DNA of 64,000 nt from positions 26,846,001-26,910,000 of the forward strand of contig OZ024760.1 in assembly GCA_964016885.1 (NCBI GenBank). Direction: 5' to 3'. The position numbers were made by a program, and so were the translations under genes. The notes beneath the pieces are model-generated. The model did no database searches, was not told the DNA's origin, and saw nothing but the letters and a program-made list of their open reading frames with translations. The number at the start of each line of letters is the position of its first letter. Position 1 is the first letter of the stretch. Below are positions 63,540-64,000 of this stretch, piece by piece. Origin of the DNA: Eledone cirrhosa (lineage: Eukaryota).

Positions 63540-64000
63540 AAGAATGAGAAATAAAATAGATTGGTCCATTCATGTTGACATCTCTCGTCCCCTTAATCTA
63601 TTTTATTTCTCATTCTTTGGAGGCACATGGCTTAGTGGTTAGAGCATTGGCCTTGCAATCGAAAGGTTGTGAGTTCAATTCTCAGACCGGGTGATGTGTT
63701 GTTTCCTTGAGCAAGACACTTTATTTCACATTGCTCCAGTTTACTCAGCTGTGAAAATGAGATGATAGGGACTGGCGTCCCTATCATTCCACTGCAAAGT
63801 GGTCGTGGAGGTGCCACGGCAAAAAAGCACCCAGCACTCACTGTAAATGAGGTTGGTGTTAGGAAGGGCATCCAGCTGTAGAAATCAAGCCAGAATCAGT
63901 TCCCATCCCACCCTTCCAAGCAGGGAAAAGCGGACGTAAAATGATGATGATGATGATGATGATTCTTTCTTCTGATGAAGGACTAGCATCCGAAACATTA

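Overview
Repeat-dense animal genomic DNA, most likely an octopod cephalopod (inferred from the tRNA-derived SINE types, RTE/RTE-X/Penelope content and very abundant (TA)n/(CA)n/(GA)n/(ATC)n microsatellites). I could support one host gene, which the ORF track largely misses: a 4-coding-exon SWI5 homolog on + (15506-49476, 104 aa, GT-AG introns of about 7, 7 and 19.5 kb). An intact RTE LINE (APE + RT + three C2H2 fingers) lies antisense in its intron 3, and a near-complete Tx1/L1 LINE lies downstream. There are also fragments of RTE-X, RLE (CRE/R2-type) and Penelope elements, three SINE families, Helitron-like elements and MITEs. Two patterns stand out. (1) About a dozen type-I hammerhead ribozyme motifs in 3-4 families, with compensatory stem changes, sit in short Penelope-type fold-back elements among (TA)n tracts. 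(2) Most long-unit tandem arrays (106, 80, 79, 55, 49/48 and 31 bp) are amplified pieces of a retrotransposon still embedded in its parent fragment, one of them built from a LINE C2H2 zinc-finger coding unit. All calls were made by eye; no database searches or folding programs were run.
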